This document shows positions 27,104 to 41,214 of a stretch of 64,000 nt of DNA, piece after piece; the first letter of the stretch is position 1; every line of letters begins with the position of its first letter. A program made the position numbers and the translations under genes. This stretch comes from Anaeramoeba ignava BMAN (lineage: Eukaryota > Protista > Anaeramoebae). The notes beneath the pieces are model-generated. The model was not told the DNA's origin and searched no databases. It worked only from the letters and a program-made list of their open reading frames with translations. The stretch is taken from assembly GCA_028826165.1 (NCBI GenBank), contig JAPDFW010000114.1:124001-188000 (forward strand), read 5' to 3'.

Positions 27104-27195
27104 AATCCAAAAATTAAAATCCAAAAATTAAAAATAAAATTTTTTATTTGAATTTTTTTTTTTCATTTTTTTTTTCTTTTTAAAAGAATTTTTTA

Positions 27196-30100
27196 ATGGA
27201 TAATTTAAAGCAAAAAGAAAAAGGAAAAGAAAGATCAGTTTCAACTCAACAAAAAACGAATAAAAAAAAATATCAAAATAACCGAAGAAATACGTAATTA
27301 AAATAAAATAGAAAATGAAAAAAAAAAGCAAGAAAAGAAATAAAGCAAATAAAAAGCAAGAAAAAAAAAATTCAAAAAGAGAAAAAAAAAAAACTTTTTT
27401 TCAAAACAAAAATTAAAATAAAAATTAGTACAGAACCTCAAAAACAAATAATAGAAAATGATTATGATACTTCTTTGAAATTTAATGATGAGAATAATCA
27501 AATTATTAATCAAGGAAATGATAATGAAAAAAAAAATATATCTCCTTTATATAAATTTTCTGTTGTCAAAATTAATAGTTATGGAAAAAAGCAAAGAAGG
27601 TTATTTGAAATATTTGAATTAAAATTAAAATCAAAATTAAAATCAAAATCAAAAATCAAAATTAAAATTAAAATTCATTTATAAAATTATAAATCAAAAT
27701 CAAAATCAAAATCAAAATCAAAATCAAAATCAAAATCAAAATCAAAATTAAAATTAAAATTAAAATCAAAATTAAAATTAAAATTAAAATTAAAATTAAA
27801 ATTAAAAATCAAAATTAATTAAAATCAAAATCAAAATTAAAATTAAAATCAAAATTAAAATTAAAATTAATATTAAAATTAAAATCAAAATCAAAATCAA
27901 AATCAAAATCAAAATCAAAATCAAAATTATAAATCAAAATCAAAATTAAAATCAAAATCAAAATTAAAATTAAAATTAAAATCAAAATTAAAATCAAAAT
28001 TAAAATCAAAATTAAAATCAAAATTAAAATTAAAATTAAAATTAAAATTAAAATTCATTTATAAAATTAAAATTAATTAAAATAGAACTTTAGCTTTATC
28101 AAATGAAGGATGTAGAAATCTGAAAGGAAAGAAAGAACAATGGTTTTATCCTCGAAAATATATTTTTGAGTTTGTATTCTTTTTAGATTGTTTTATTTAA
28201 TTATTTTTTTCTTATTTTTTTTAAATTGAATTAGTTTTAAAAAAAATAAGAAAAAATCAAATTTAATAACTTTAACAACTTTGCATCGATTTAAATTTGA
28301 ATGTGATGAAGAAAGTCAAGTTGATAGAATTGCAGAAGCATTTAAATCATTAAAACTTGGGAAATTGAAAGGAGAAATTGTTCATTCAATGAAAAGCCCA
28401 AGTCTTTATTCACTTTCATCAGTAAAAAAATTGATTTATAAATTTACTTCTAAATTTACTTCTAAATTTATTTATAAATTTACTTTAAAATTTATTTCAA
28501 AATTTATTTATAAATTTATTTATAAACTTACTTATAAATTTACTTTAAAATTTATTTATAAATTTACTTTATAAATTTACTTATAAATTTACTTTATAAA
28601 TTTACTTTAAAATTTATTTATAAATTTATTTTTAAAATTTACTTTTAAAATTTATTTATAAATTTATTTATAAATCCTTTATAAATTTACTTATAAATTT
28701 ATTTATAAATTTACTTTAAAATTGATTTTAAATTTATTTTTTAAAATTTACTCTAAATTATTTATAAATTTACTTTTAAAATTTACTCTTAAAATTTATT
28801 TATAAATTTACTTTAAAATTTTATTTATAAATTTACTTATAAATTTGCTCTTTAAAATTTACTTTAAAATTTACTTTTAAAATTTATTTATAAATTTACT
28901 TTAAAATTTATTTATAAATTTATTTTATAAATTTACTTTAAAATTTATTTATAAATTTACTTATAAATTTATTTATAAATTTACTTTAAAATTTATTTAT
29001 AAATTTATTTATAATTTACTTTTATAAATTTATTTATAAATTTACTTATAAATTTATTTATAAATTTTACTTATAAATTTACTTATAAATTTATTTTTAA
29101 AATTTATTTTAAAATTTATTTATAAATTTACTTTTAAAATTTATTTATAAATTTACTTTTAAAATTTATTTATAAATTTGCTTTTTAAAATTTATTTATA
29201 AATTTACTTTAAAATTTACTTATAAATTTACTTTAAAATTTATTTATAAATTTATTTCAAAATTTATTTCAAAATTTATTTATAAATTTGCTTTAAAATT
29301 TATTTATAAATTTATTTTAAAATTTATTTATAAATTTATTTTTAAAATTTATTTATAAATTTACTTATAAATTTATTTATAAATTTACTTTAAAATTTAT
29401 TTATAAATTTGCTTTAAAATTTACTTTTAAAATTTATTTATAAATTTATTTTTAAAATTTACTTATAAATTTACTTATAAATTTACTTATAAATTTCATT
29501 TTAAAATTGATTTATAAATTTATTTTAAAATTTACTTTTAAAATTTACTTTAAAATTTATTTTTATAAATTTATTTTTATAAATTATTTATAAATTTATT
29601 TTATAAAATTTACTTTAAAATTTATTTATAAATTTGCTTCAAAATTTTATTTATAAAAATTTTAAAATTTATTTATAAATTTACTTCAAAATTTATTTAT
29701 AAATTTATTTCTAAATTTATTTATAAATTACTTTATAAATTTACTTTAAAATTTATTTATAAATTACTTATAAATTTACTTTTAAAATTTATTTATAAAA
29801 TTTATTTTAAAATTTATTTATAAATTCTACTTATAAATTTACTTTAAAATTTGCTTTAAAATTACTTTTAAATTTACTTTTAAAATTTACTTTAAAATTT
29901 ATTTATAAATTATTTATAAATTTACTTCAAAAATTTATTTATAAATTTACTTTTAAAATTTATTTTTATAAAATTATTTATAAATTATTTATAAATTTAC
30001 TTTAAAATTTATTTATAAATTTACTTTAAAATTTATTTATAAATTTACTTTAAAATTTATTTATAAATTTTTTTAGGTTTTATTTATAATTTACTTATAA

Positions 30101-32462
30101 ATTTATTTTATAAATTATTTATAAATTTATTTATAAATTTATTTTTAAAATTTATTTTTATAAATTATTTTATAAATTTACTTCTAAATTTACTTCAAAA
30201 TTTACTTCTAAACTTACTTTTAAAATTTATTTATAAATTTACTTTAAAATTTACTTATAAATTTATTTTTAAAATTGATTTATAAATTTACTTCAAAATT
30301 TACTTTATAAATTTATTTTATAAATTTATTTATAAATTTTACTTTAAAATTGATTTATAAATTTACTTTAAAATTTACTTTAAAATTTATTTATAAATTT
30401 ACTTTAAAATTTATTTATAAATTTACTTATAAATTTATTTATAAATTTACTTTAAAATTTATTTATAAATTTACTTTAAAATTTACTTATAAATTTACTT
30501 TAAATTTACTTAAAATTTGTTTATAAAATTTGCTTTTAAAATTTATTTTATAAATTTACTTCAAAAATTTATTTTATAAATTTACTTTTAAAAATTTATT
30601 TATAAATTAGTTATAAATTTATTTTTAAAATTTACTTTTAAAATTTATTTATAAATTAGTTATAAATTTATTTTAAAATTTACTTTTAAATTTACTTATA
30701 AATTTATTTATAAATTTACTTTAAAATTTATTTATAAATTATTTATAAATTTATTTATAAATTATTTATAAATTTATTTATAATTTGATTTATAAATTTA
30801 CTTATAAATTTACTTTAAAATTTATTTATAAATTTTACTTTTATAAATTTATTTATAAATTTACTTTTAAAATTTATTTATAAATTTATTTTATAAATTT
30901 ATTTTAAAATTTATTTATAAATTTTATTTTTAAAATTTATTTATAAATTTATTTTTAAAATTTATTTATAAATTTACTTTAAAATTTATTTATAAATTTA
31001 CTTTAAAATTTATTTATAAATTTACTTTAAAATTTATTTATAAACTTACTTTAAAACTTATTTATAAATTTACTTTAAAATTTACTTTAAAATTTACTTT
31101 AAAATTTATTTATAAATTATTTATAAATTTACTTATAAACAAAAATAAGATTGCAAACAAAGTTGATTATCAATCATTCGATTTTGTTCGTTTTATTTCA
31201 CAACATGGATTTAGAAATGTAAAAAAAAAAGAATTAAATTATAAATGAAAAAAAAAAAATAACAAAATTATTCAAATTAATTAAAAATGAAAATGAAAAT
31301 GAAAATTATTAAAGTTGATTGAAGTGAAAAAAAAAGATAATGGAAAAAGATATTTAATGGAAGTTTTAGATAAATCGGAAATTTACAAAAAAAATGAAAT
31401 TCAAAATATTACTAAAGAAAGAGAAATACTTGCAAAATTAAATCATCAGTTTATAACCAACTTACAATTTTCATTTCAAACAAAAGCAAAATTGTATTTA
31501 GTTTATGATTACATTCCACAAAATCATCTATTAAAACAACCACAAGAGTATATAGAATAAACAAATTTTTTATTTGATTTAATTAATTCCAAATAATTCT
31601 CAAAAATATAAATATTTATATTTATTTTATTCAATTAAGAAATGAAAAAATAATTCCACTTGATGAACAAACAGCATTATTTTTTATTGCAGAAATTTTA
31701 TTGGCAATTGAATATTTGCATGATAATCAAATTGCATATCTTAATCTTAAACCAAAAAATATTCTTCTTGATTCAGAAGGTCATATAAAATTAATTGGAT
31801 TTGAATTTTCAAAATTTATCAAAAAAACAACAGAAAAAAATAATCAAGAAAATATTCAAAAAGAAGACTTAATTGATTTGTGGTCAATTGGAGTTTTTTT
31901 CTATTATCTCCTTGTTGGGATATATCCTTTTCCTTCTTTAGTTGATTCAGAAAAACCATTGGAAATTATTTTAGAAGTATATTTATTCATTCATTTTATT
32001 CATTCATTTTATTCATTTACTCATTTTATTCTATTTTAAGAATCAAATTATTATTCCTCAAAATTTAAGTCAAAATGCTCAAAATTTCATTTCAATGTTT
32101 TTCCAAAAAGAAACTTTATCTCAATTATCTATTATTAAAATTCAAACTCATTCTATTTTTGATAATATTCATTTTGATATAATTTCACAAAAAGAACAAG
32201 AATCTCCAATTATTCCAAATGTAAATTTTATATTTTAATATTTAAATATTTATATTAATATTTAAAAAAAAAACCATTTTAGAATTTAAGCACAATTAAT
32301 CAAAATAATCAAGAAAATTCATTTTATTTTGAAGAAAAACAAGATCAAATAATAACAGATTTTGATATTGCTAGATATACTTTTTCAAGAAATGAAAATA
32401 ATCTTAATCCTGATGAATCAAATAATAATAATAATAATAATAATAACAATAATAATAATTAA
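27196..32462 (+). CDS. PH-like domain plus AGC-family (Akt/SGK/S6K-like) pseudokinase, 9 exons
   Basis: Spliced YKFSVVKINSYGKKQRRTLALS is PH/TH1-like. Kinase segments ERE.LAKLNHQFITNLQFSFQTKAKLYLV, FFIAEILLAIEYLH, LKPKNILLDSEGHIKL and DLWSIGV. Catalytic motifs are degenerate. Eight GT-AG introns. Confidence 0.82.
27600..28085 (+). repeat. 486-nt intron of (AAAATC/AAAATT)n
   Basis: GTTATT...AAATAG, phase 2, restores KQRR|TLALS. Confidence 0.85.
28422..31149 (+). repeat. 2.7-kb intron of ~12-mer (AAATTTAYTTWW)n satellite
   Basis: GTAAAA...AATAAG, phase 0. Degenerate quasi-palindromic 12-mers throughout. Confidence 0.88.
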
Positions 32463-32639
32463 ATAATTAATTTTTATTTTCAATTGATTGATAATTTCTT
32501 TTTTTCTTTTCTTGTTAATTTTTTCTTTTGAAGAAATTATAAAAATAAAAAATAATTTTTTAAGTTAAATTTTATTTTTGTTCCACTTTTTTTTTTTTGA
32601 TTAAATAAATTTCTTTTTTTATTTTTATTTATTTTTTTT

Positions 32640-35600
32640 TTAATAAGACATTCTTGATAAAACTTTTTCGAATCCATTTAAAACTTCCAATAATTTATCT
32701 CGATTCAAAGATTTCTCTTTCAAAATTTGACAAACTTGAACAAAATATTTTTTAATCTCAATATCTTTAATTAATCTACTTTTAGTTGCTCTTTCACAAA
32801 CAGAAATTAAATTTGCCAAATTTTCATCCATATTTTTTGACCAAAGAATAGATTCTCTTGTAGATTCAACTTCATTTTGGATCATTTTTTTCCATTTTTC
32901 AGGTGTTTTATCAAATTCAATAACAATTGAAGACAAAGTGTTGACTTCTGATAACAGAAACTTAAGATATTCTTCAGCTTGATGCAAAGGAACCTTGAGA
33001 TCCAATTTAAGTTTGATATCTTCAATTTGTTTCAAAAGCAATTTGACAACTGAAATCAAAGGTGAAAATGACTTGATAAAATAAACTGATAAACTAATAA
33101 TTTTTGTGATTATTTTTTCATAATCTCGAAATTCCAATCTGTTTGTGGATGTAACTAAATTAGACAATGGAACCAATGAACTAAATGCACTCATAACATG
33201 TTTGAAATCCAAATTTGTTGGCAGTTTTGATACTTCCTTCAAATGCTGGAAAGAAGCTTGAAATTTAGGTGCAAAATCTTGGAATTTTTCGAGATTATAT
33301 TTGAAATTGGAAAAACTCATTAAAGCTAATTTGAATAATATTGTTGAGAACTCATTTTCTATTTGTTCTTGATTCGGTAATTGGGTTGGATTTTCAAATA
33401 AATGATTCGGGCTTTTCACAAAGTTAGAAGCAAAATAGTCTGAGGATTTATAATATATGATGTGAAGTGCATTTATTAACTTGGTGATTTTCATGATATC
33501 GTATTCGGAGTTTTGCAATTTTTCGATCACTTGTGTAAGTGTTGATTCCACTTTTTTTGTTTCTTCAGAAACTGAATTTGGATTGAGTTGTTTGATTTGT
33601 TTGAAAAGTGTGTTCATTGTTGATATTATTAAATTAAGTGACTCTGAAATCCCATCGTAATAAATTTCCCGATGAATTTGTTCAATTTCTTCTTTTTTCA
33701 TACTTGAAATTATTGCATTCATTTCTTCATCTTCATTTTCATCTTCTTTTTCATCTTCTTTTTTTTCTTTTTGTTTTTCTTTTTGAATATTTAATTTCAA
33801 TTTTTCAAATTCCTTAATAATTGGATCTTCAATTTCTTCAATTCTTTTCATTTCATCTTCCCAATTATTTTTATCTTTATTATCATCATCATGATTTTTA
33901 TTGTTATCATTTAGATTTTGATTTTCATTTCCATTTATTTTTAAATTTTCATTTTGATCTTGATTTTGATCTTGATTTTGATCTTGATTTTCTATTATTT
34001 GGATAATCTCTGAAACATAAGAAAAAATTTCTCTTATTTTTCTTGTAATTTCACTCACTTTCAAAGTATAATAAATAAGTGAAGAAATTGAAGTTTGAAA
34101 TTTCTGTAAATATTCAAGCATTTTCTTTTGTAAAATTTCATTTGAAAGATGAATGTATGATATTTTTGAAGAGGAAACTATCAAAATGGATGAATAAAGT
34201 AAATTAGCAATCTTAGTAAATGATTCAGATGAACGAAATTTATCAATATTCATTTGTATTTCTTGTATTTGATTCTGGAAATTTTGACAAAAAATGCAAA
34301 TTTCATGAAGTTGTGATTTTTCTTGGGATTTTTCATCTTCATTTTTTTGGATGTTTAAAATGAATTGATTGAAAACCTTTTCCAATGTGTTTGTTGATTG
34401 TTGGAAAATTTCTGTGATAAAATTTGTTTTGTTTTCATGGAAAAATAGCTTTTGGATTGTTTGTAAATAATTCTGGTTCTCAGAATCAGATGAAACCAAA
34501 GGAACAAAAACATTTTGTATTTGGAAGCAATATAAGAATATTTTGGAAGAATTTTGCACTGATGAGAAAACTTCTTGTATTTTATGTGGGAAATCTGGGA
34601 GATCTTGTTGGAAATTTGCTTGTATGAGTAAATTATTAATGGATGATTGCAAATTTTCGCAATATTCATGAATACTTTTTTGGTCGTCTTGAGCAAATTG
34701 ATTTGCGATCATCATTGTTTTTTCTTGTTCCGGAATTTTAGATTCATTTTGGTAATAAACAATAATCAGAATATTGATGATTTGTGATTGAATCAAATCA
34801 AGAAGATTGTATGATAGCAATTTTGGAGATGCTTGTGATTCGTTTTGGTTAAATGAAGTAATTTTAGCATTTGAATCAATTTTGGAGAGATTATCTTCAA
34901 ATGATTTTATTGAGGAATGGATGTCATTGGCAATTGAAGAAGAATATTGAACCGAATTGAGTAAATCTGTTGGCATTATATTTTTATCTGTTGATTTGGC
35001 TTTTTTGGAGGTTCTTGATTGAATAAGAAATGACAAATGAGAAATGACATTGGAAAAAGGAAGAAATTGATTCTTCATTTTGATTCTTTCAATTTGGGAA
35101 ATGATTGAATTTATTGAATTCAATTCTTGGCTGTCAAAAAGTTTGTTTTTCTGTTCTTTTTTGTTGCTATTCTCTTTTTCATTAAGTAATTTAATTAGAA
35201 GAGAGGTTGTTTCATTGATTTTATCAACCAAATATTCATTCTGATGGAAAACAACCTTGATATCTTTCATTTTATCTTCAATTTTAGATTGTATTTCCTT
35301 TGTAAACGTGGTTATTGATGAAATATCTTGGAAAATTGATGTGATCATTTCAATTAATAAAACCAAAAGTTGTCTAAATTTTGAAAGGAGTTTTTTCACC
35401 TTCAAGATATAAAGCGAAATTGCTTTGTTTGTATCTTCTTCTTCTTCGAAAATTAGTTTAGTTTGTGCCTGGAATAGAAAATCAAGTAAATTGTCGAAAT
35501 CTTTGTTAAATTCTGATAGAATACTGTTATTGGTATTATTATCCATTGGAATATTTTTTTCAATATTGTTTTGAAGAATAGAAAGAGAGTGTTGTGTTTT

Positions 35601-38387
35601 CTTTTTATCTGTTTTTTTCTTTTTTGATTTTTTAGGAAAACCTTGGAAATGTGTCTCCAAACTTTTTGAAATTTGTGGGGTTTGGTTTTTGGGATTTTGA
35701 TCTCCATTTTTATTTTGGAATGAAATTGGAACACTCTGTATTATTTCTCCATTAATTGGAGTATTTTGATTATCCTCATCCAAAATATCCGTTTCATCCT
35801 TTTTAGAAAGTGAATTTTTTGAGTTATTTTCTTGATTTTCATTTATATCCATTTGATTTTGATTTTTGATTTTGATTTTGATTTTGATTTTGATTTTGAT
35901 TTTGATTTTGATTTTGATTTTGATTTTGATTTTCATTTTGATTTTCATTTTGATTTTGATTTTGATTTTCATTTTGATTTTGATTTTGATTTTCATTTTC
36001 AATTTGATTTTGATTTTGATTTTCAATTTGATTTTCATTTTCATTTTCATTTTCATTTTCAATTTTATTTTCATTTTGATTATTGTTATTCCTTCTATGC
36101 AAATTTTCAAATTTTTCAATAGTTTCATAAATTGTATTTGAGTTTGGAGATTCAAAACTTAATTTAAAAGAATTTTCAAACTCTAATTTAATTATCCCAA
36201 ACTTATCTAAAAAGAAGTTTTTTAATTGGTCAAGTTTAACATGAGTTTGAATTGCTTTTGTTTTGATATCAATCATTAAAATGGAATCTTGAGAAATTCC
36301 AAATAGCAAACTTCCTTTATCCACTTTAAAAAAAGAAAATTCAAAAACTTTTGAGTTTCTTATAATGTTAATAAATTGAGTTTTAACTTCAAAAACATTA
36401 AGATTTTCAGTTTCTTCTTTATATTTTTTCATAATTTCATCTTCTATATTATCAATTTTTTTCCCTTTTTTTTTATGATTTAATTTTTAAAATAAAAGAA
36501 GAATGTGAGAATAAAATTAATTAAAAAAAAAAGGGAATTTATTTACATAAAGGATGAATAATTCTTCCAGTAATTTCACTAACAGGTAATGTTTCTTCCC
36601 ATCTACCTTTTAATTTTTCATATTGAAGATTTAGAGCAGCTAAGATTATTCCATTTTTTAAAGAGCAATAATGTCTTGCATTTAAAATTTCAGTTTTCAT
36701 CTATAATTTTAATATGAATTTTAATTTCAAAATGAATTTTAATTTCAAAATGAATTTTAATTTTCAAAATAAATTTAAATTTCAATATAAATTTTAATTT
36801 CAAAATGAATTTTAATTTCAAAATGAATTTTAATTTCAATATAAATTTTAATTTTCAAAATAAATTTTAAAATGAATTTTAATTTCAAAATGAATTTTAA
36901 TTTTAATATGAATTTTAATTTTAATATGAATTATAATTTTAAAATGAATTTTAATTTCAATATGAATTTTAATTTCAATATGAATTTTAATTTTCAATAT
37001 CAATTTTAATTTCAAAATGAATTTTAATTTCAAAATGAATTTTAATATAAATTTTAATTTTAATATAAATTTTAATTTCAAAATGAATTTTAATTTTAAT
37101 ATCAATTTTAATTTCAATATGAATTTTAATTTCAAAATGAATTTTAATTTCAAAATGAATTTTAATTTCAAAATGAATTTTAATTTCAATATGTATTTTA
37201 ATTTCAATATGAATTTTAATTTTTAAAATGAATTTTAATTTCAATATAAATTTTAATATAAATTTTAATTTTCAATATGTATTTTAATTTCAATATGAAT
37301 TTTAATTTTAAAATGAATTTTATTTTTAAAATCAATTTTAATTTCAAAATGAATTTTAATTTCAATATCAATTTTAATTTTAAAATGAATTTTATTTTTA
37401 AAATGAATTTTAATTTCAATATGAATTTTAATTTTAATATGAATTTTAATTTCAATATGCATTTTAATTTCAATATGAATTTTAATTTCAATATAAATTT
37501 TAATTTCAATATGAATTTTAATTTCAAAATGAATTTTAATTTCAATATCAATTTTAATTTTAATATGAATTTTAATTTCAAAATCAATTTTAATTTCAAT
37601 ATGAATTATAATTTCAATATCAATTTTAATTTCAAAATGAATTTTAATTGTTTACTTGAACATAAACTTTTGAAAGTTCATTATAATCAGATAAATTAAT
37701 ATTGGTAAGATAAGATTCATTCATATAAATCAAAATATCAGATTCATATTCAAATCCATGTTGATAAAGATTTTCATTAGAAGAAATTTGATGAGGATTT
37801 TGAAAAATTTCTTGATTTGGATGATTCCAATAATCTTGTTCATTACAAATAATTGAAAGAAAATTATGAGAAGATTCAATTGAAAATTTATTATCAGCAG
37901 ATTTTAATAAAGAAGAAATTTGTTCTCTTAAATTAGATGTTATTTGCTTGATTCCAAATATTGTAAAAATTTTAACAGGAACAAATCTTTGAAAAAGTTT
38001 AATAAGTGTTTTATTTTGAACATCATATGATTTCAATGTTTGATTTGGTGAAATCCAAGTTCCAGATTCAACATCATTTGCAAATGGATCAGGATCAGTT
38101 GATTTTGAACTATTTAAATCCTCATTTATTATAAATTCATTTACATTTAGATTTAAATTTTCATTTTGATTCTTTTTTTTTCGAAAAGAAATTGTTTCTT
38201 TTCTTTTTTTTGGTTGTGATTGATCTTCAGGAATAAACATTGATAAATTATGTCCTTTTAAAGCTTTAACTTGTTTTTCAAGATGTTCAATTGCTTCTTT
38301 TCCATTTAATAATGGATTTATTTTAATTGATTTTGGTTTATTATTTCCTGGAATTAAAACTCTTATTGAAATTAATTGAGATGACAT
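32640..38387 (-). CDS. Divergent talin-like protein (F0-F3 FERM head plus long helical rod)
   Basis: F0-like ISIRVLIP...KSIKINP...GTWISPNQTLKSYDVQN..IKLFQRFVPVKI. F2-like VYVQ|MKTEILNARHYCS. F3 LLFGISQDSILMIDIKTK. Introns 37655-36701 and about 36546-36465. One frameshift in the NQ repeat near 35860. Confidence 0.7.
36701..37655 (-). repeat. 955-nt intron of 18-mer (AAWATGAATTTTAATTTC)n (+ strand reading)
   Basis: 18-nt period. GTAAAC...TTATAG on the - strand, phase 0. Confidence 0.9.
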
Positions 38388-38583
38388 TTTTTATTTTAAA
38401 AAAAAAGAAAAATGAAAAAAAATGAAAAAAATTAAAAAAGATTTTTTTGATAATTTTTTTTTTTTTTTGCTTTTTTTTAATTTAAAAAATAAAGGAAAAA
38501 AAAAAAATTGATCGTAATTTTTATTCTGTTTTGGATTTTGATTAAAAAAAAAAGAAAAAAGAGAAAAGAGAAAAATTATTTCG

Positions 38584-38716
38584 AAAAAGAAAATTAATTA
38601 TCAAAAATTTCTTCAATCTTTTTTTTGGATTTTAAAAAGAAAATTAATTATCAAATAATTCTTCAATCTTTTTTTGGATTTTAAAAAGAAAATTAATTAT
38701 CAAATAATTCTTCAAT
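38584..38716 (-). repeat. About 2.7 tandem copies of a 49-50 bp unit spanning the muskelin stop codon
   Basis: AAAAAGAAAATTAATTATCAAA..TTCTTCAAT starts at 38584, 38634 and 38683. Confidence 0.9.
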
Positions 38717-41214
38717 ACTTTGTTTTCTTTCTTGTAATTCTTTTGGAAGGAATTTTTGTAATTTAGAAATGATTTGATTTCTTTCTTGTTTAGTTTTTTC
38801 TGTTAAATGATTAGCATTTGGTTGATTTGTATTCAATTCATTTGTATTCAATTCATTTGTATTCAATTCATTTGTATTCAATTCATTTGTATTCAATTCA
38901 TTTGTATTCAATTCATTTGTAATTATTTTTTCCTCTTTTTTTGATGAAAATAAATATTCTGTGCTTAATCTTTGTAATCTTTCATGTTGCTTTGTATTTT
39001 TAGAACCAATAAGTATAGATAAATTATTATGCAAATAAGATAATAATTCTGTAATTGGTTTTCCTTGTCTTGCTAATTCAATAAATTGTTGAGATCGAAT
39101 CAAAAATAAACATTTATTAATTAAATTTTCTGATGTTAATGATTTGAGTTTCATTTCCCAATGTTTAATTTTTTTGGGTAAATCTCTTGCTTTTTTTTGA
39201 TGAATTAAATGTAATTTTTGAGTTTTTAAATCAAATAGAAGTTTTGGATTTTGTTTCAGTTTTAATGAATCAAAACCAAACAAATATCGATTAAAATGAT
39301 CCTGAAATGTCCAAATTTGATTTTTTAAATTGAATCTTCTTAACTCAAAAATTGTTTTTCTTTTATTGTGAATCTGAAATATTGAAATGATTTCTTGAGT
39401 TAATGGATCATAAACTGATGATAAAATTAATTCATTTAATGAAGTTTGATGAATTTTTTGGAATAATTTGTTTTGGAATGTATATTGAAGTAATTCTGAT
39501 TTTTTTCCGTTTTGAATCGAACGAATGATTAAAAGATACTTTTGTTTTTTTTTAATTTTGAATTTTTAATTTTTATTTTTAATTTAAATTTTAAATTTTA
39601 ATTTACTTTTCCATCTGATATATTCATATCTTTGCTTTCTTCTTTAAAATCTGGTTCTATCAAAAACATCTGTGGTTTAATTGTTTTCATTTTTTCAATG
39701 AATTCTTTTCTTGGTTTGATTTTATTTTTGGATTTTCTTTTTTTCGAAATTGAAATTGAATTACTTTCATCAAAAAATAAATGAGATCGATATTTTTTCT
39801 TTTTTTCCTTGTTTTTTGATTGAATATTATCAATTTCCTTTTCTTTTTCGATTTCCATATCTTTTTCTTTTTGATTATCTTTTTCTTTTTGATTATCTTT
39901 TTGATTATCTTTTTGATCATCTTTTTTATCTGATAAATTGATCCATTTTTCTTGTTCAAAATCAAAAGAGAAAATTTTGTTTTCAAAAGAAGATGTTTTT
40001 TTGGATCCTTTTTGTTCAATATATAAATAAAAATTTGATTTTTTCTGGTTTGAATGAGAGATCAAGAGGCAGTAATTAGTGATTTCCTGGAATGAATTTT
40101 TGAAAGAAAACTCATTCCATTTGGCTTTTTTAATATCAAAATGGAACATTTTAAAAATTTTTTGAGAATCAAGATTGTCTTCGTTTTGAATGGTATTGAA
40201 AACCTCTCCAAATAACCAAATTCTGGATGATTTGGAATCAAAAACAATATCGAATTTTGAAAATTTGGAGAAATGAGGAATATTTGCTGATAATTCTGTC
40301 CATTTTGAATTTGATAATTGATAAGAATAAAAAGAAATTGTTGGAAATCCTTCAAAAAAATACATGATTTCAGATTTGGAGTCAAAACAAACTGAAATAT
40401 AACCGTTTGCCTTACTAACTTTTTCTCTTGATTGTGTTTGTTGATATTGGCTTGGAAATAAAGGGGTTTTTGTTTTCAAAATCCACTTGAATTTTTGTTC
40501 TTTTTTCTGCAAATATTCATCGAATAAATTTTGTTTTGCTAAATTTTGTAGATATTCCTCTTCTGCTTTGAAGTCTCCAGCCAAAATAAATGTTGAGATT
40601 TGGTTTGTTACAGAATTGTTTGAGTTATTTTGTGTAATCAAAGCTGTTTTCAAAAATTCATCGCGAAGATCAAACATTTTGTATCTTTCAAAATAATCCA
40701 CAACGAGGTTTTGTGCAAGTTTCTCCTTGTATCCTTCAAATGCATTTTGGATCATTGAAACTTTGCTAGTGTTTTTAATGCCTTCGATCTGCACCCACCA
40801 GATTGAGAAATTAAACCCTGGAATCCAAGTTGTCAATGGGACAATTTTCAGAAAATTAAAAGCGATATTTTTTCCTTTGATTTTTTGTTCATCAAGTTCA
40901 AATACTTCAGCATCGATTTCCCTGCTTAATCTTCCTGAGAGAATGTGAACCATCTCGTTCTCTGTTTTTCCTCCGTAAATTTCGAAGTCCTTGATTTGGC
41001 ATGAATGAGCTTCAGGTGGTTTTCCAAATATTATTCTTTTAATAACTGAAAGTTTAGATAATTTTAAAATCAAAAAAGGTTTTAAATCATTTGTTTTTGA
41101 ACACCAACGATCTTCAATTATGTTTGATTTAACAATGATATTTCTTGGTAGAAAATTTGATTTTGCAGAAGAAACAGATTCTACTTTATAATCAATAATT
41201 TTTAAAGAGTTCAT
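38693..41214 (-). CDS. MKLN1: Muskelin (CTLH/GID E3 complex subunit), divergent kelch region
   Basis: Muskelin_N discoidin domain SVSS....FLPRNI...RWCS...FLILKL...I.FGKP..HSC..KDFEIYGG...LKIVPL..W...FNFSIWWVQIEG. LisH/CTLH segment and C-terminal KCLFLIRSQQFIELA...LLSYLHN. One short intron at about 39539-39606. Confidence 0.88.
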
